Shown: piece by piece, positions 37,868 through 47,520 of the stretch
Numbering within the stretch: the first letter of the stretch is position 1
Layout: each line of letters opens with the position of its first letter
Source of the DNA: an uncultured Candidatus Saccharibacteria bacterium
GTDB taxonomy: Bacteria; Patescibacteriota; Doudnabacteria; UBA920
Assembly (NCBI GenBank): GCA_964474825.1
Contig: CAYYWQ010000001.1
Span: forward strand, 884,152 to 948,151
Direction: 5' to 3'
DNA length: 64,000 bases
The notes under the pieces: model-generated
Databases searched by the model: none
What the model was told of the DNA's origin: nothing
Seen by the model: only the letters and a program-made list of their open reading frames with translations
Program-made: the position numbers and the translations under genes

Positions 37868-38608
37868 TTAATTTTTCAGCTGTGCCTGAATTTTACCTAT
37901 TTCAATTTTTTCCTGGCTGCAATAGTCTTGCGGGTCTTGTTGACCAACAGTTTCCAAGGGCTTATTCTCAAAGCCGGCATGAGTGCTCATAATACAGCTG
38001 GGGTCAGTGTTATGAGCAAGGCCTATTTCATGGCCGAATTCGTGGAGCAAACTGGATAAAAGATACTTCTTAAGCAAGTAGTCGTCACTATTTACAAACT
38101 TAAGGTGGCTATTAAGCGACAGAGCAATTTCATTTTCGCCTACTGTGGTAGACAATTCCTGGTCTAAACGCGGTTCATAATCCGCGGCAAAGACTAATAA
38201 TAACGTGTCAGTCCCCGGAGGAACAAACTGCACATTTTTAACTTCAAGCTTGGAAGAATTACTTAAAGAAAATTTTCCTTCGTCCAGCGCTCCTGGCCCA
38301 AACAACTGGACCTGCCTGCCTGTGTAATGACTAACTAACTCCACAAATTTTTTGAGTACACCTTCGTCTACCTCGTCGGTTTGAGGCTTAAACCAAACTA
38401 TGGCTAGAGGATCTGTTCCAGACAAAAAGGTGGACCTAGCATCGCCCGCGTTATGAAGACCCAAAATAGTCCTTAAAAAACTATGCCTAGCCAAACTATA
38501 ACGCGTGGTCTGGTTAAACTTACTGTTTGGGTCGCCCATAACCTGGACTTTGAGGTAAATAAAAACCCCAATAGCAATAATTAACAGAAGAAGGAAAAGT
38601 CTTTTCAT
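37868..38608 (-). CDS. Membrane-anchored metzincin zinc metalloprotease
   Basis: HEFGHEIGLAH, CIM Met-turn, N-terminal TM. Confidence 0.85.
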   Translation of the reverse strand: MKRLFLLLLIIAIGVFIYLKVQVMGDPNSKFNQTTRYSLARHSFLRTILGLHNAGDARSTFLSGTDPLAIVWFKPQTDEVDEGVLKKFVELVSHYTGRQVQLFGPGALDEGKFSLSNSSKLEVKNVQFVPPGTDTLLLVFAADYEPRLDQELSTTVGENEIALSLNSHLKFVNSDDYLLKKYLLSSLLHEFGHEIGLAHNTDPSCIMSTHAGFENKPLETVGQQDPQDYCSQEKIEIGKIQAQLKN

Positions 38609-38630
38609 TTTGTTTTATTGATAAATAATA

Positions 38631-40514
38631 TTATTTATCCTTAGGAACCTCTTTATATTCCGCGTCTACGGAACCAGCTTCTTTTTTTTCATCTGCCGGT
38701 GGTGTTTCTGCTCCCGGCTGACTTGCTGATTGCGGATTAGCTGATGGAGTGGCTTCATACATAGCCGCGCCAACCTTTTGAATGGCCGCGGAAAGTTCGT
38801 CTACTGCCTTTTTTAAGGCTTCCACGTCGTCTTTGTCTTTAATTTCTTTTAAAGCCGCAATTTTTTCTTCTACTTCTTTCTTGTCTTCGGGCTTGGCTTT
38901 GTCACCGGCGTCTTTTAGAGTTTTCTCGGAAACTGAAATTAAAGTGTCGGCCTGGTTACGCATGTCTACCGTGTCTTTACGCTTTCTGTCTTCCGCGGCA
39001 TGGGCTTCGGCTTCTTTTTTCATTCTTTCAATTTCGTCTTTGTTCAAATTGCTGGAGCCCTGAATAGTAATTTTATTTTCCTTGCCCGTGGCTTTGTCCT
39101 TACCACTTACAGTTAAAATACCGTTGGCGTCTATGTCAAAAGTTACTTCCACCTGTGGTACGCCTCTTGGAGCGGGTGGGATGCCGTCTAAAATAAATTT
39201 ACCCAAAGACTTGTTGTCCTGCGCGAATTCGCGTTCACCTTGCAGGACGTGGATTTCTACGGAAGTTTGGTTGTCGGCAGCAGTAGAAAATGTTTGGGAT
39301 TTAGATGTTGGGATGGTGGTGTTTCTATCAATGAGCGCTGTTCTTACACCACCCAAAGTTTCCAAACCTAAAGTTAAAGGAGTAACGTCGAGCAGCAAAA
39401 TTTCTTTGCTTTGTACGTCACCGCCTAAAATTCCGGCCTGCACAGCAGCGCCTTTAGCCACAGCTTCCATTGGGTCAACGCCGCCTTCAGCCTGTTTGCC
39501 AACGTAGTCTTCTATAAACTTCTTTACCACCGGCATTCTGGTAGGACCGCCAATTAAAATAATTTTGTCTATATTCGCCGGAGTTAATTTGGCGTCGCTT
39601 AAAGCCTGCTCTACCGGATGACGCATTCTTTCTACAATTGGCTTTACCAATTCTTCCAATTTAGAACGGGTAATTTTCATTTGCAAGTGCTTGGGACCGC
39701 TGGCGTCGGCAGTAATAAAAGGCAGGTTAATATCTGTTTCCATTGTGGTGGAAAGTTCAATTTTGGCTTTTTCCGCAGATTCCCTAACGCGGTTCATGGC
39801 CATTTTGTCGGCCGTTACGTCTATTCCCTGGTCTTGCTTAAAGGTGTCGGTAATGTGCTTTATAAGCGCGCTGTCCATGTCTTTACCGCCGAGCTGAGTG
39901 TCGCCGCTTGTGGACTTAACCTCAAAAGTAGCTTGCTTGTCTACTTCGGAAAAATCCATAATAGTAACGTCCAAAGTACCGCCGCCAAGGTCAAACACTA
40001 AAATCTTTTGGTCTTTGGCAGAAGTTTTGTCCAGCCCATAAGCAAAAGCCGCGGCAGTTGGCTCGTTTATTACGCGAACAACTTCCAGTCCCGCAATTTC
40101 GCCCGCGTTTTTTGTAGCTTGCCTTTGGCTGTCGTCAAAATAAGCCGGAACAGTAATAACAGCTTTAGCCACGGGCTCGCCCAAAAATGTTTCCGCGTCT
40201 TTTTTAATTTTTTGTAAAATAAAAGCGCTAATTTGTTCCGGGGTGTAATCTTTTCCGTTAATCTGATACTTGAATGAAGTCCCCATTTTGCGCTTAGCTT
40301 CAAAAATAGTTCCTTCAGGGTTGGTAACAGCCTGGCGTCTGGCCGGTTCACCAACTAAAAGCTGGCCTTCTTTAGTAAAAGCTACGTAAGACGGAAAAGC
40401 TTTTCCCGCGAGTGAGGTTCCTTCCGCAGCCGGAATCATTACCGGCGTCCCGCCTTGCATAACGCTAGCAGCGGAGTTAGAAGTTCCCAAATCTATCCCT
40501 ATAATTTTTGGCAT
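38631..40514 (-). CDS. dnaK: Chaperone DnaK
   Basis: [31 protein letters not shown]. Confidence 0.99.
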   Translation of the reverse strand: MPKIIGIDLGTSNSAASVMQGGTPVMIPAAEGTSLAGKAFPSYVAFTKEGQLLVGEPARRQAVTNPEGTIFEAKRKMGTSFKYQINGKDYTPEQISAFILQKIKKDAETFLGEPVAKAVITVPAYFDDSQRQATKNAGEIAGLEVVRVINEPTAAAFAYGLDKTSAKDQKILVFDLGGGTLDVTIMDFSEVDKQATFEVKSTSGDTQLGGKDMDSALIKHITDTFKQDQGIDVTADKMAMNRVRESAEKAKIELSTTMETDINLPFITADASGPKHLQMKITRSKLEELVKPIVERMRHPVEQALSDAKLTPANIDKIILIGGPTRMPVVKKFIEDYVGKQAEGGVDPMEAVAKGAAVQAGILGGDVQSKEILLLDVTPLTLGLETLGGVRTALIDRNTTIPTSKSQTFSTAADNQTSVEIHVLQGEREFAQDNKSLGKFILDGIPPAPRGVPQVEVTFDIDANGILTVSGKDKATGKENKITIQGSSNLNKDEIERMKKEAEAHAAEDRKRKDTVDMRNQADTLISVSEKTLKDAGDKAKPEDKKEVEEKIAALKEIKDKDDVEALKKAVDELSAAIQKVGAAMYEATPSANPQSASQPGAETPPADEKKEAGSVDAEYKEVPKDK

Positions 40515-40536
40515 AATAGCTCCTTCCTTATTCCCT

Positions 40537-40569
40537 CCCTCCCCTTTAGAGGAGAGGGTCGGGGTGAGG
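40537..40569. repeat. REP-like half element CCCTCCCCT...AGGAGAGGG-CGGGGTGAGG
   Basis: GC-rich hairpin just upstream of the dnaK SD in an AT-rich context. Confidence 0.55.
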
Positions 40570-40595
40570 TTGAAATAATGTTGTTTGATTAAAAA

Positions 40596-40916
40596 TTATT
40601 TACTTTCTATATCTGTAAGATGTAAATATGGCAGTTTCTGGCTTTGTACTATTTCAATGGCTTCTGGTGTCGTTTCCCTGTCTACATAAACCCATCCAGT
40701 TTTTTCATCGTGGGTAAATGGCATGTTCCATTCCTGCAAAAAGCTTGCTTTTATCTTTGCCAAATCTGGATGAGCGTCATACTTTGCCTCAAATCTTAAA
40801 TGATTTCCATGTCTTGTAACACCAAACTGTGATGCTCCAGTTAGTAAATGTTTATGAATTGCAAGTATTGAGCCCACTTCTGCTCCTACTTCTGGATTTT
40901 TTAGATGATCTGCCAT
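40596..40916 (-). CDS. Hypothetical protein
   Basis: ORF co-oriented in the heat-shock operon with tight spacing. Confidence 0.7.
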   Translation of the reverse strand: MADHLKNPEVGAEVGSILAIHKHLLTGASQFGVTRHGNHLRFEAKYDAHPDLAKIKASFLQEWNMPFTHDEKTGWVYVDRETTPEAIEIVQSQKLPYLHLTDIESK

Positions 40917-40923
40917 ATTCTTT

Positions 40924-41244
40924 TTATAGTTCTTCTATATCCAACTTCTTAAATTCCTTCAATGTCATTCCCACAACTTTTTTGCTGGCGAAAAGTTTTT
41001 TGGAAGTTGGGAATTGGTCGTGGTGTTCGTCTTTTAAGCGGACAAAAACATTTCCTTCACTGCCGTCGGACAAACGCTTCATATGCAAAATAATTTTGTT
41101 CTTGTTAAGAGCTTTGCCGGTAATAGTGCAGTCATCGCCGTCTAAAACCTTTATGCTCTTGGCCTTTTCTTCCGACTCCATTATGCTTCCTACCTCAAAC
41201 ATATCTTGTATAGTCATAGCTGTTTCTGCTTCTTTCGTCGTCAT
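40924..41244 (-). CDS. Hypothetical protein
   Basis: ORF between grpE and dnaK with tight spacing. Confidence 0.7.
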   Translation of the reverse strand: MTTKEAETAMTIQDMFEVGSIMESEEKAKSIKVLDGDDCTITGKALNKNKIILHMKRLSDGSEGNVFVRLKDEHHDQFPTSKKLFASKKVVGMTLKEFKKLDIEEL

Positions 41245-41256
41245 TCAAGACGGCAG

Positions 41257-41757
41257 TTATTGATTATTCTTCTTACTGATTATCACTTGGCTCGGTCTAA
41301 TTACCTTACCATTCAACTCAAATCCGCTTTGGAATTCGTCCAGTACTATTCCGTCGTCTTGTTCCGATTCCTGCTCTTTAACTGCTTCGTGGAAATTAGG
41401 GTCAAACTTTTTTCCAATGGCTTCTATTTTTTTTACTCCCAATTCCCCCAAAACTTTGTCTAGCTGCACTACTATTCCATTAATGCCTGTAAGCCAATTT
41501 TTATAGGAATCATTGCCTTCTTGTGGTGCGTGTTTTAGCCCCTGTTCCAGCGCGTCTATTGTGGGCAGCAACTTTACGACCGTAACCTCCTTGGCAAACT
41601 CCAGCAGTTCTTTGCTTTCTTTTTCTTTTTGGCGCTTATAGTTTTCAAAGTCGGCCAGTGCGCGCTTCCAGTTGCTTGTCATTGAGTCTAAATCAGCTTG
41701 TAACTGCTCTAGAGTGATATTGGAGTTTTGTTCGTCTTGATGGTCTTCGTCGGTCAT
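41257..41757 (-). CDS. grpE: Nucleotide exchange factor GrpE
   Basis: RALADFENYKR, FDPNFHEA, G..LNGKVIRPSQV. Confidence 0.97.
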   Translation of the reverse strand: MTDEDHQDEQNSNITLEQLQADLDSMTSNWKRALADFENYKRQKEKESKELLEFAKEVTVVKLLPTIDALEQGLKHAPQEGNDSYKNWLTGINGIVVQLDKVLGELGVKKIEAIGKKFDPNFHEAVKEQESEQDDGIVLDEFQSGFELNGKVIRPSQVIISKKNNQ

Positions 41758-41769
41758 ATTCTTTCTGGC

Positions 41770-41850
41770 TTTACGAACTACTAATTTTTTACGAATATAC
41801 TAATGCTAATGGTTTGATTCGTATATTAGTAACGATTCGTAGTTAGTAAA
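41770..41850. repeat. 81-bp palindromic miniature element
   Basis: Near-identical to 10049..10130. Confidence 0.85.
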
Positions 41851-41856
41851 GACAGT

Positions 41857-42612
41857 CTATTTAATAATAAAAAAGATAAACACTGCCGCGCCACCGCCTA
41901 GTAACTTCGCTACATATTCCATCAAACTCAAATTCTTTTCGTACTTCATACTCTTGGGGCCAATTAAACCAATTACGCCTTTTTTTCCGCTTGGTAATTT
42001 AAGACCACTGACTATCATAGAGTAGTCGGACTTCTTTGACAGCGTAATTTCTTTGCCAATCCGCGCTTCCGGTCCTTTGCCGCCATAGTCGAGCATCATT
42101 TGGTCCGCGTATTCGTCAAGATGATCAAAAAACTGCGCAATTTCTTTGGCGTCTTCGGGGGGCAATGCCGGATTGTCTAAAATATTAGAAATTCCCATTG
42201 TGGAAACTTCTTCCGGAAAAAGAGCGAACGATGCTTGTTGGGAATGTTCGGAAAGTAGCTTGGCAATCCGCCTTCCCATTTCCGCGTGCGCCATTTGCAG
42301 CTTTAACATTTCCCGCTTAAGCGTGTCCTGTTCTTTTAAAGTCAATTTCACTCTGTCCATTAGCTGGTTTACAAAATAACGAAAACCTTTGTCAGTTGGC
42401 ACGCGCCCGGCAGAAGTATGCGGCTGGCTAATATAGCCGTTCTTTTCCAAAGCCTGCATTTCATTGCGGATGGTAGGACTGGAAATATTAAAATTATATT
42501 TTTCCACCAAATCCCCGCTGGCAACAGGCTGCCCACTTTCGCAGTTTTCCTTAACAATAGCAGCCAAAATTTTGGCTTGTCTGGGAGAAATTTGATTATC
42601 AGACTGGTTCAT
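41857..42612 (-). CDS. hrcA: Heat-inducible repressor HrcA (short form)
   Basis: SSPTIRNEM..LE..GY..QPHTSAGRVPTDKGFRYFV; GLIGPKSMKY. Confidence 0.95.
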   Translation of the reverse strand: MNQSDNQISPRQAKILAAIVKENCESGQPVASGDLVEKYNFNISSPTIRNEMQALEKNGYISQPHTSAGRVPTDKGFRYFVNQLMDRVKLTLKEQDTLKREMLKLQMAHAEMGRRIAKLLSEHSQQASFALFPEEVSTMGISNILDNPALPPEDAKEIAQFFDHLDEYADQMMLDYGGKGPEARIGKEITLSKKSDYSMIVSGLKLPSGKKGVIGLIGPKSMKYEKNLSLMEYVAKLLGGGAAVFIFFIIK

Positions 42613-42618
42613 ATATTG

Positions 42619-42654
42619 ATAATATCATTAGCACTCTATGGTGTCAAGTGATAA
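42619..42654 (-). promoter_or_regulatory. CIRCE operator overlapping the hrcA promoter
   Basis: TTAGCACTC-N9-AAGTGATAA at 42628..42654 (consensus TTAGCACTC-N9-GAGTGCTAA); TTGACA-N17-TATTAT on the minus strand. Confidence 0.9.
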
Positions 42655-42727
42655 TTTACGGTAAAACCGGTTCGATTTGACAATCGATTACCTGTACTAT
42701 ATGTTAACGTTATATTAACCAAAAATT

Positions 42728-43132
42728 ATGACAAACGCTCCAAAAATGCAAATAAACGACGAAGAATTAAAAAAGAAGCTTACGCCTGAGCAATACCATA
42801 TACTCCGGGAAAAAGGCACAGAGGCTCCTGGCTCTTCCCCGCTTCTCCACGAAAAGGGCAAGGGCATGTTTGCCTGCGCGGTTTGCGGCAACCAATTGTT
42901 TGCTTCAGATTCCAAATTTGACAGTGGTACAGGCTGGCCAAGTTTTGACAAAGCTCTGCCAGGAGCCGTGGAATTCCACGCCGATAACGAACTAGGTATG
43001 TCTCGCACGGAAGTTACCTGCGCCAACTGTGGCAGCCACTTAGGCCATGTATTTGACGACGGCCCTACGGCAACAACAGGCAAGCGGTTTTGCATAAACG
43101 GGGCTTGCTTACTTATGCAAAAACACGAATAA
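42728..43132 (+). CDS. msrB: Peptide methionine sulfoxide reductase MsrB
   Basis: KFDSGTGWPSF, HLGHVFDDGP, RFCING. Confidence 0.97.
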   Translation: MTNAPKMQINDEELKKKLTPEQYHILREKGTEAPGSSPLLHEKGKGMFACAVCGNQLFASDSKFDSGTGWPSFDKALPGAVEFHADNELGMSRTEVTCANCGSHLGHVFDDGPTATTGKRFCINGACLLMQKHE

Positions 43133-43144
43133 AATATCAAGTTT

Positions 43145-43176
43145 AAAAAAACTCATCCGGCTCGGATGAGTTTTTT
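43145..43176. terminator. Bidirectional terminator
   Basis: aaaaaactcatccg-gct-cggatgagtttttt. Confidence 0.85.
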
Positions 43177-43186
43177 ATTTTGCAAA

Positions 43187-44590
43187 TTAATTTCCAGTAA
43201 CCACAGTAACCTCAGGCAGAGTTTCTAAAGCAACAAAAAAATTTTCTTTTTCGCAGTCAAAGGCTGCGCCTGAGTCCAGTAAATGCAGGTTAGACAAAAA
43301 AGAAAAATGCCCGTCGTCTCCTATGTTATAAATTTCAAACTCTTTGTTGTTGCCGTTGCCAGTTGTAAAAACCTTGTCGCTGCGGAACAACAAATCCCTC
43401 ACAGAATAGTCGGCGTCAAAAGAATCAACGGCAGAGAACGTACTAAAATCATCAGTCGCTAAAGAATACAGTTCATTTTGTCCTGGCGAATCAAACCCTG
43501 CCAAACTACGGCCCATAATAATTTTTTTACCTAAAACGTATAAACTTTTGCCCGGGTGGTTCACTACAGCGGGAGCGGTAAAATTACCCACCTCTATAAT
43601 ATGGGCAGGGTCAGTAACATCTAAAACCCGGAGTTCTTTTTCCGGCGTAGACACAAACACCCAATTATTACTTACAAACAAGTCGTTAACCATTGTATCT
43701 AACTCAAACTGCCCCTGCCAAACCGGCACTACCGGATTACTAACGTCAAAAATTTGTAGTTCCCCGGCTCCGCCGGCTTTGGTTAGGCCCAAATAAATTT
43801 TATTATGGTAATAAAAAATTTTATGTCCCATGCCTCCACTGGTTACTCCGTCTATTTTTAGAGCCTTCATTATTACAGGGTTTGCCGGATTACTTACGTC
43901 TATAACTTCCAATTGCCCGTTTATGCTAGTGTTGGCAGCATACACATAATTGCCAATATTTATTACGTCTTCCAAACCAGGGCCTGTGTTCACACTCCCC
44001 ATTACTGTTAAAACATCCGGATTACTAATGTCTACAATTGCCAAATCCGGCGTGCTTTGCGCGCCATAATTTAAAGCCAAATAAAGTTTTCCATTAGCCG
44101 CGTCCAGCCCAAACGCCGGACCCGCAGAAGGGTCTAGTTCTGTAATATTAAAAGAATTTACAATTTTAGGGTGCGCCCAGTCTTTATAAAAATTTATTGC
44201 GCAAGTTTCTGTTGGGCTGTAGTTGGCTACGTCTACAAATAATTGGTCTAGTCCCGCGTATTTTTCAGAGCCCTCAACCAGCCCCCAACTGCTTTTAGCG
44301 CTTGCAACTTTTACGTAAGAAGTTAAGTCCGTGTAATTCACCGACTCTTCTAAGCCTCCTGCTGCCTGGCTATTATTTTCTAAATGTAGAAAATCTGTTT
44401 TAGCTTGAGTATGGCTTTCCTCAAGTCTTGCGAGGGATGAAGGCAATGCTTCCTGGTCAAGGCCAGAAGAAATAACCATAGACTGCCCGTCTACCACCAA
44501 TAAAATTACAGCAGGAATAATAATCCCAACCAAAGCCAAACAAATAATAATTTCAAATGTGGAAGATCCTTTTTGTGTTTCCTTAAGCAT
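43187..44590 (-). CDS. Prepilin-type N-terminus + LVIVD-repeat beta-propeller protein
   Basis: QKG|SSTFEIIICLA; repeated L.I.DISNP/DVSNP/DVTDP. Confidence 0.82.
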   Translation of the reverse strand: MLKETQKGSSTFEIIICLALVGIIIPAVILLVVDGQSMVISSGLDQEALPSSLARLEESHTQAKTDFLHLENNSQAAGGLEESVNYTDLTSYVKVASAKSSWGLVEGSEKYAGLDQLFVDVANYSPTETCAINFYKDWAHPKIVNSFNITELDPSAGPAFGLDAANGKLYLALNYGAQSTPDLAIVDISNPDVLTVMGSVNTGPGLEDVINIGNYVYAANTSINGQLEVIDVSNPANPVIMKALKIDGVTSGGMGHKIFYYHNKIYLGLTKAGGAGELQIFDVSNPVVPVWQGQFELDTMVNDLFVSNNWVFVSTPEKELRVLDVTDPAHIIEVGNFTAPAVVNHPGKSLYVLGKKIIMGRSLAGFDSPGQNELYSLATDDFSTFSAVDSFDADYSVRDLLFRSDKVFTTGNGNNKEFEIYNIGDDGHFSFLSNLHLLDSGAAFDCEKENFFVALETLPEVTVVTGN

Positions 44591-44717
44591 TTTAACAATT
44601 AAAGCTTTCTTTAGAATTGCACTGAATTTACCGCAAAATTTACGCGCTGTCAAGATTATTTTATGGCCATTGATCATTGAACTTCTTTGTTATATCCTTA
44701 AAACAAAGGAGTGCTCG

Positions 44718-44849
44718 ATGAAAGAGACGTTTAAAAAACTGTTCTGGTCAAATTGGGCTCTGTGTGGAGCCGGGACGCTAGTGTTCTGTCTAGTGTACAA
44801 GGTCTGCACGTACTTTGACCCCTCACAGGTCAACGCACACCTCCCGTAA
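44718..44849 (+). CDS. 43-aa single-TM micropeptide
   Basis: AAGGAG SD, ATG at 44718, hydrophobic core, own terminator. Confidence 0.55.
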   Translation: MKETFKKLFWSNWALCGAGTLVFCLVYKVCTYFDPSQVNAHLP

Positions 44850-44923
44850 TCAGAAGCGGATACAAGGCCTTTTAAAGCCACCCCGCGACCCTAAGCCGCT
44901 GCCACTTATCTACGGCGCCGAGA

Positions 44924-44947
44924 CCCGACTCGGCGCCTTCTTCTTTT
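44924..44947 (+). terminator. Intrinsic terminator
   Basis: ggcgccgag...ctcggcgcc hairpin (starting about 44914) followed by ttcttctttt. Confidence 0.7.
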
Positions 44948-44980
44948 GCCTAAATAAAAAATATATGGTTAACTAAGAAC

Positions 44981-45140
44981 AGGCCTAAAACAAAATAACA
45001 TTTTGGCCAATTTTTCCAAACTTCGGCTGCAAAACCCTCAAACCTCCTCCGCTTAGCTATGGCTAAACATCGTCGGTTATTCGGATTTTTCGCTCGAAGT
45101 TTGTAAAAATTATCTCAAAAGCTTATTTTGCCTTAGGCCT
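44981..45140. mobile_element. MITE-like 160-bp element with long imperfect inverted repeats
   Basis: aggcctaa..caaaataa..ttttg..aattttt.caaacttcg mirrored by cgaagtttg.aaaaatt..caaaa..ttattttg..ttaggcct. Confidence 0.6.
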
Positions 45141-45144
45141 TTAT

Positions 45145-46254
45145 ATGAAACTACCAAAACGAATGTTGGCATATTTAATAATTACCCAGATTATTCTAAT
45201 ATGCGCGCATTTAGTTCTCTACACCGCGGCTATTTTTTTCTTCCCAAATTTCTTTTCGCATCACACCGCCCTGCTGACGCTTTTGTTAATATTGTCCGTA
45301 AGTTTTAACCTGGCATTTGGCTTAAACTTCCAACAGCGGGGGAAAATTTTCCGCTGGTTTTATATTATTGTTGCCTGCTGGCAGCCAATGTGGACTTATT
45401 TACTTTTAGCTTTTGCCGTATCTTCCCTTATTTACTTAATAAACCCAAATTGGCCAATAGACCAAATTGTTTCTGTTTTAGTCATTTACGCAATAATCCT
45501 TAATATTTACGGTATTTTAAACGCCCGCCACATACGCGTTATAAGGCTAACCATTAAGCTCCCGCATTTGCCGGAATTTTGGCAAAACAAAACTGCTGTT
45601 TTAGTAAGTGATTTGCATTTAGGCCACATTCTAAGGGAAGAGACCGCCAAAAAAATTGTAAATAAAATTAATTCGGAAAATCCGGACATAATTTTTATTC
45701 CCGGGGATGTTTTTGACGGCCCCCACCCGGGCCTTGCCGGCTTAGTTGAGCCTTTGAAAAACTTAAAAAGCAATTACGGCAGTTATTTTTGCTCCGGCAA
45801 TCACGAATTTTACGCGGGAATGGAAGAATGCGAGCAATCTTTAATTAACGTTGGTGTAAATATTCTGGACGATAAAAAAATTGAGATTGAGGGTTTGCAA
45901 CTGCTGGGTCTTGCCTACCACGGCGGGCAAACAGACCAGCAGGCCGGACAAATTCTTTCTCGCCTGCAAATTGACTCAAGCAAGCCAAGCGTTTTACTTA
46001 AGCACATTCCCACGGCAATTGGCGTTGCCGCGGGCCACGGGATTTCCCTGCAACTCTCCGGCCATACCCATAAGGCGCAAGTTTGGCCTCTGAACTTTAT
46101 TGCAAAAAAAATCTTTAAGGGGTTTGATTACGGCCTAAAACGCTTTGGAAAAATGCAGGTCTATACCAGCAGCGGCGTAGGCACCTGGGGCCCGCCGGTC
46201 AGAATTTTTACTAAGGCAGAAATTATTAAAATTAAATTTATAAAAGACCAATAG
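45145..46254 (+). CDS. Membrane-bound metallophosphoesterase (YkuE/YaeI-like)
   Basis: 4 TM segments; SDLHLG, GDVFD, GNHE, LSGHTH. Confidence 0.93.
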   Translation: MKLPKRMLAYLIITQIILICAHLVLYTAAIFFFPNFFSHHTALLTLLLILSVSFNLAFGLNFQQRGKIFRWFYIIVACWQPMWTYLLLAFAVSSLIYLINPNWPIDQIVSVLVIYAIILNIYGILNARHIRVIRLTIKLPHLPEFWQNKTAVLVSDLHLGHILREETAKKIVNKINSENPDIIFIPGDVFDGPHPGLAGLVEPLKNLKSNYGSYFCSGNHEFYAGMEECEQSLINVGVNILDDKKIEIEGLQLLGLAYHGGQTDQQAGQILSRLQIDSSKPSVLLKHIPTAIGVAAGHGISLQLSGHTHKAQVWPLNFIAKKIFKGFDYGLKRFGKMQVYTSSGVGTWGPPVRIFTKAEIIKIKFIKDQ

Positions 46255-46283
46255 GAAAAATAGTTTTTAAAATTGATGGTACT

Positions 46284-46315
46284 AAAAAACCGTCACCCTT
46301 CGGGTGACGGTTTTT
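46284..46315. terminator. Bidirectional terminator
   Basis: aaaaaccgtcaccc-ttc-gggtgacggttttt. Confidence 0.85.
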
Positions 46316-46327
46316 AAATAAGTAAAA

Positions 46328-46825
46328 TTATCTCAAAGCCCCGTTAACTAAGTAATGCGTTCCCGGACCCAAATTAACACCTTGCTGGCCAAAGCCCAAA
46401 CAAAACGCAATAGTATACCTGCTGGCTTTGTTACTGCTTATATCGCTTTGGTACCAATACAAATTATTCAAAATAGGGGTATTGGTATTGGTGCAAGAGC
46501 CATCAGGAGTCGGGGGAGCATCGGGAAGACGGCTTAAATACTTGGGGACCAATCCTTTAATTGTGGTTGAGAGCAATACGCCACCAACCTGATAAGCTCC
46601 TAAGGAATCCGTTGCGGTTGGATACCCATAATTGTCGTTAAAATACAATTCCAAAGCCTTGGACATCTGAGACATGTCTCCGAGCCTCTTGCCGTCACGG
46701 CCGCGCGCACGGCCCGCCTGCGCGGCTACAAGAACAACAGAAGAAATTAAACCTATAACTGCAACAACCACTAAAAGCTCTATTAATGTGAATCCTTTAT
46801 TTGTGGCTTTCTTTAAACTTTTCAT
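46328..46825 (-). CDS. Type IV pilin / pseudopilin
   Basis: KG|FTLIELLVVVAVI; paralog of 24730..25230. Confidence 0.93.
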   Translation of the reverse strand: MKSLKKATNKGFTLIELLVVVAVIGLISSVVLVAAQAGRARGRDGKRLGDMSQMSKALELYFNDNYGYPTATDSLGAYQVGGVLLSTTIKGLVPKYLSRLPDAPPTPDGSCTNTNTPILNNLYWYQSDISSNKASRYTIAFCLGFGQQGVNLGPGTHYLVNGALR

Positions 46826-46869
46826 TTTTGTTTCAAGTTTTGTGGATTTCAGATAAATTTATTATATAG

Positions 46870-47445
46870 CTATTGGATAATCTTATCAAGCAACCCGTAT
46901 TTCCTGGCTTCTTCCGCTGTCATCCAAAAATCCCTGTCTGTGTCATTTTCAATTTTTTTGGTTGGTTGTCCCGTGTGTTTGGATAAAATTAAATTTAATT
47001 GGTTTTTTATGCGGGTAATTTCGTTGGCCGCAATAACAATGTCTTTTTGCTGGCCTTCCGCACCGCCCATAACCTGGTGAATAAGTACTCGCGCGTTAGG
47101 CAAAGCCATGCGTTTACCTTTGGCTCCCGCGGCCAAAAGAACCGCCGCGGCCGAAGCAGCCTGACCAATACAAATAGTCATGACCTGGGCTTTTACATGC
47201 TGCATGGTGTCGTATAAAGCAAGTGCAGATGTTACTGAGCCGCCCGGAGAATTAATATAAAGTTTAATATCTTCTTTAGAATTTTCCGCGTCTAAAAAGA
47301 GCAGCTGAGCAATTACAGTATTAGCCACTGCGTCGTCTAGCGGCTCACCTAAAAAGATAATGCGCTCTTTTAACAAACGAGAATAAATATCGTAAGCCCT
47401 CTCGCCGTCAAAACTTTTCTGGATAACCATTGGTACTAAAGGCAT
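46870..47445 (-). CDS. clpP: ATP-dependent Clp protease proteolytic subunit
   Basis: [32 protein letters not shown]. Confidence 0.98.
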   Translation of the reverse strand: MPLVPMVIQKSFDGERAYDIYSRLLKERIIFLGEPLDDAVANTVIAQLLFLDAENSKEDIKLYINSPGGSVTSALALYDTMQHVKAQVMTICIGQAASAAAVLLAAGAKGKRMALPNARVLIHQVMGGAEGQQKDIVIAANEITRIKNQLNLILSKHTGQPTKKIENDTDRDFWMTAEEARKYGLLDKIIQ

Positions 47446-47520
47446 AAAGGTAGTTGTTAGTGATTAGTGGATAGTGTGTAGCGTGCCGATTTATCGGCAT
47501 CTAAGTAAAAAGAAAGTCTA

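Noticed and set aside
38782-40354. Many antisense or alternate-frame ORFs over dnaK and other core genes
   Set aside because: They are shadow ORFs of conserved genes with no independent motifs.
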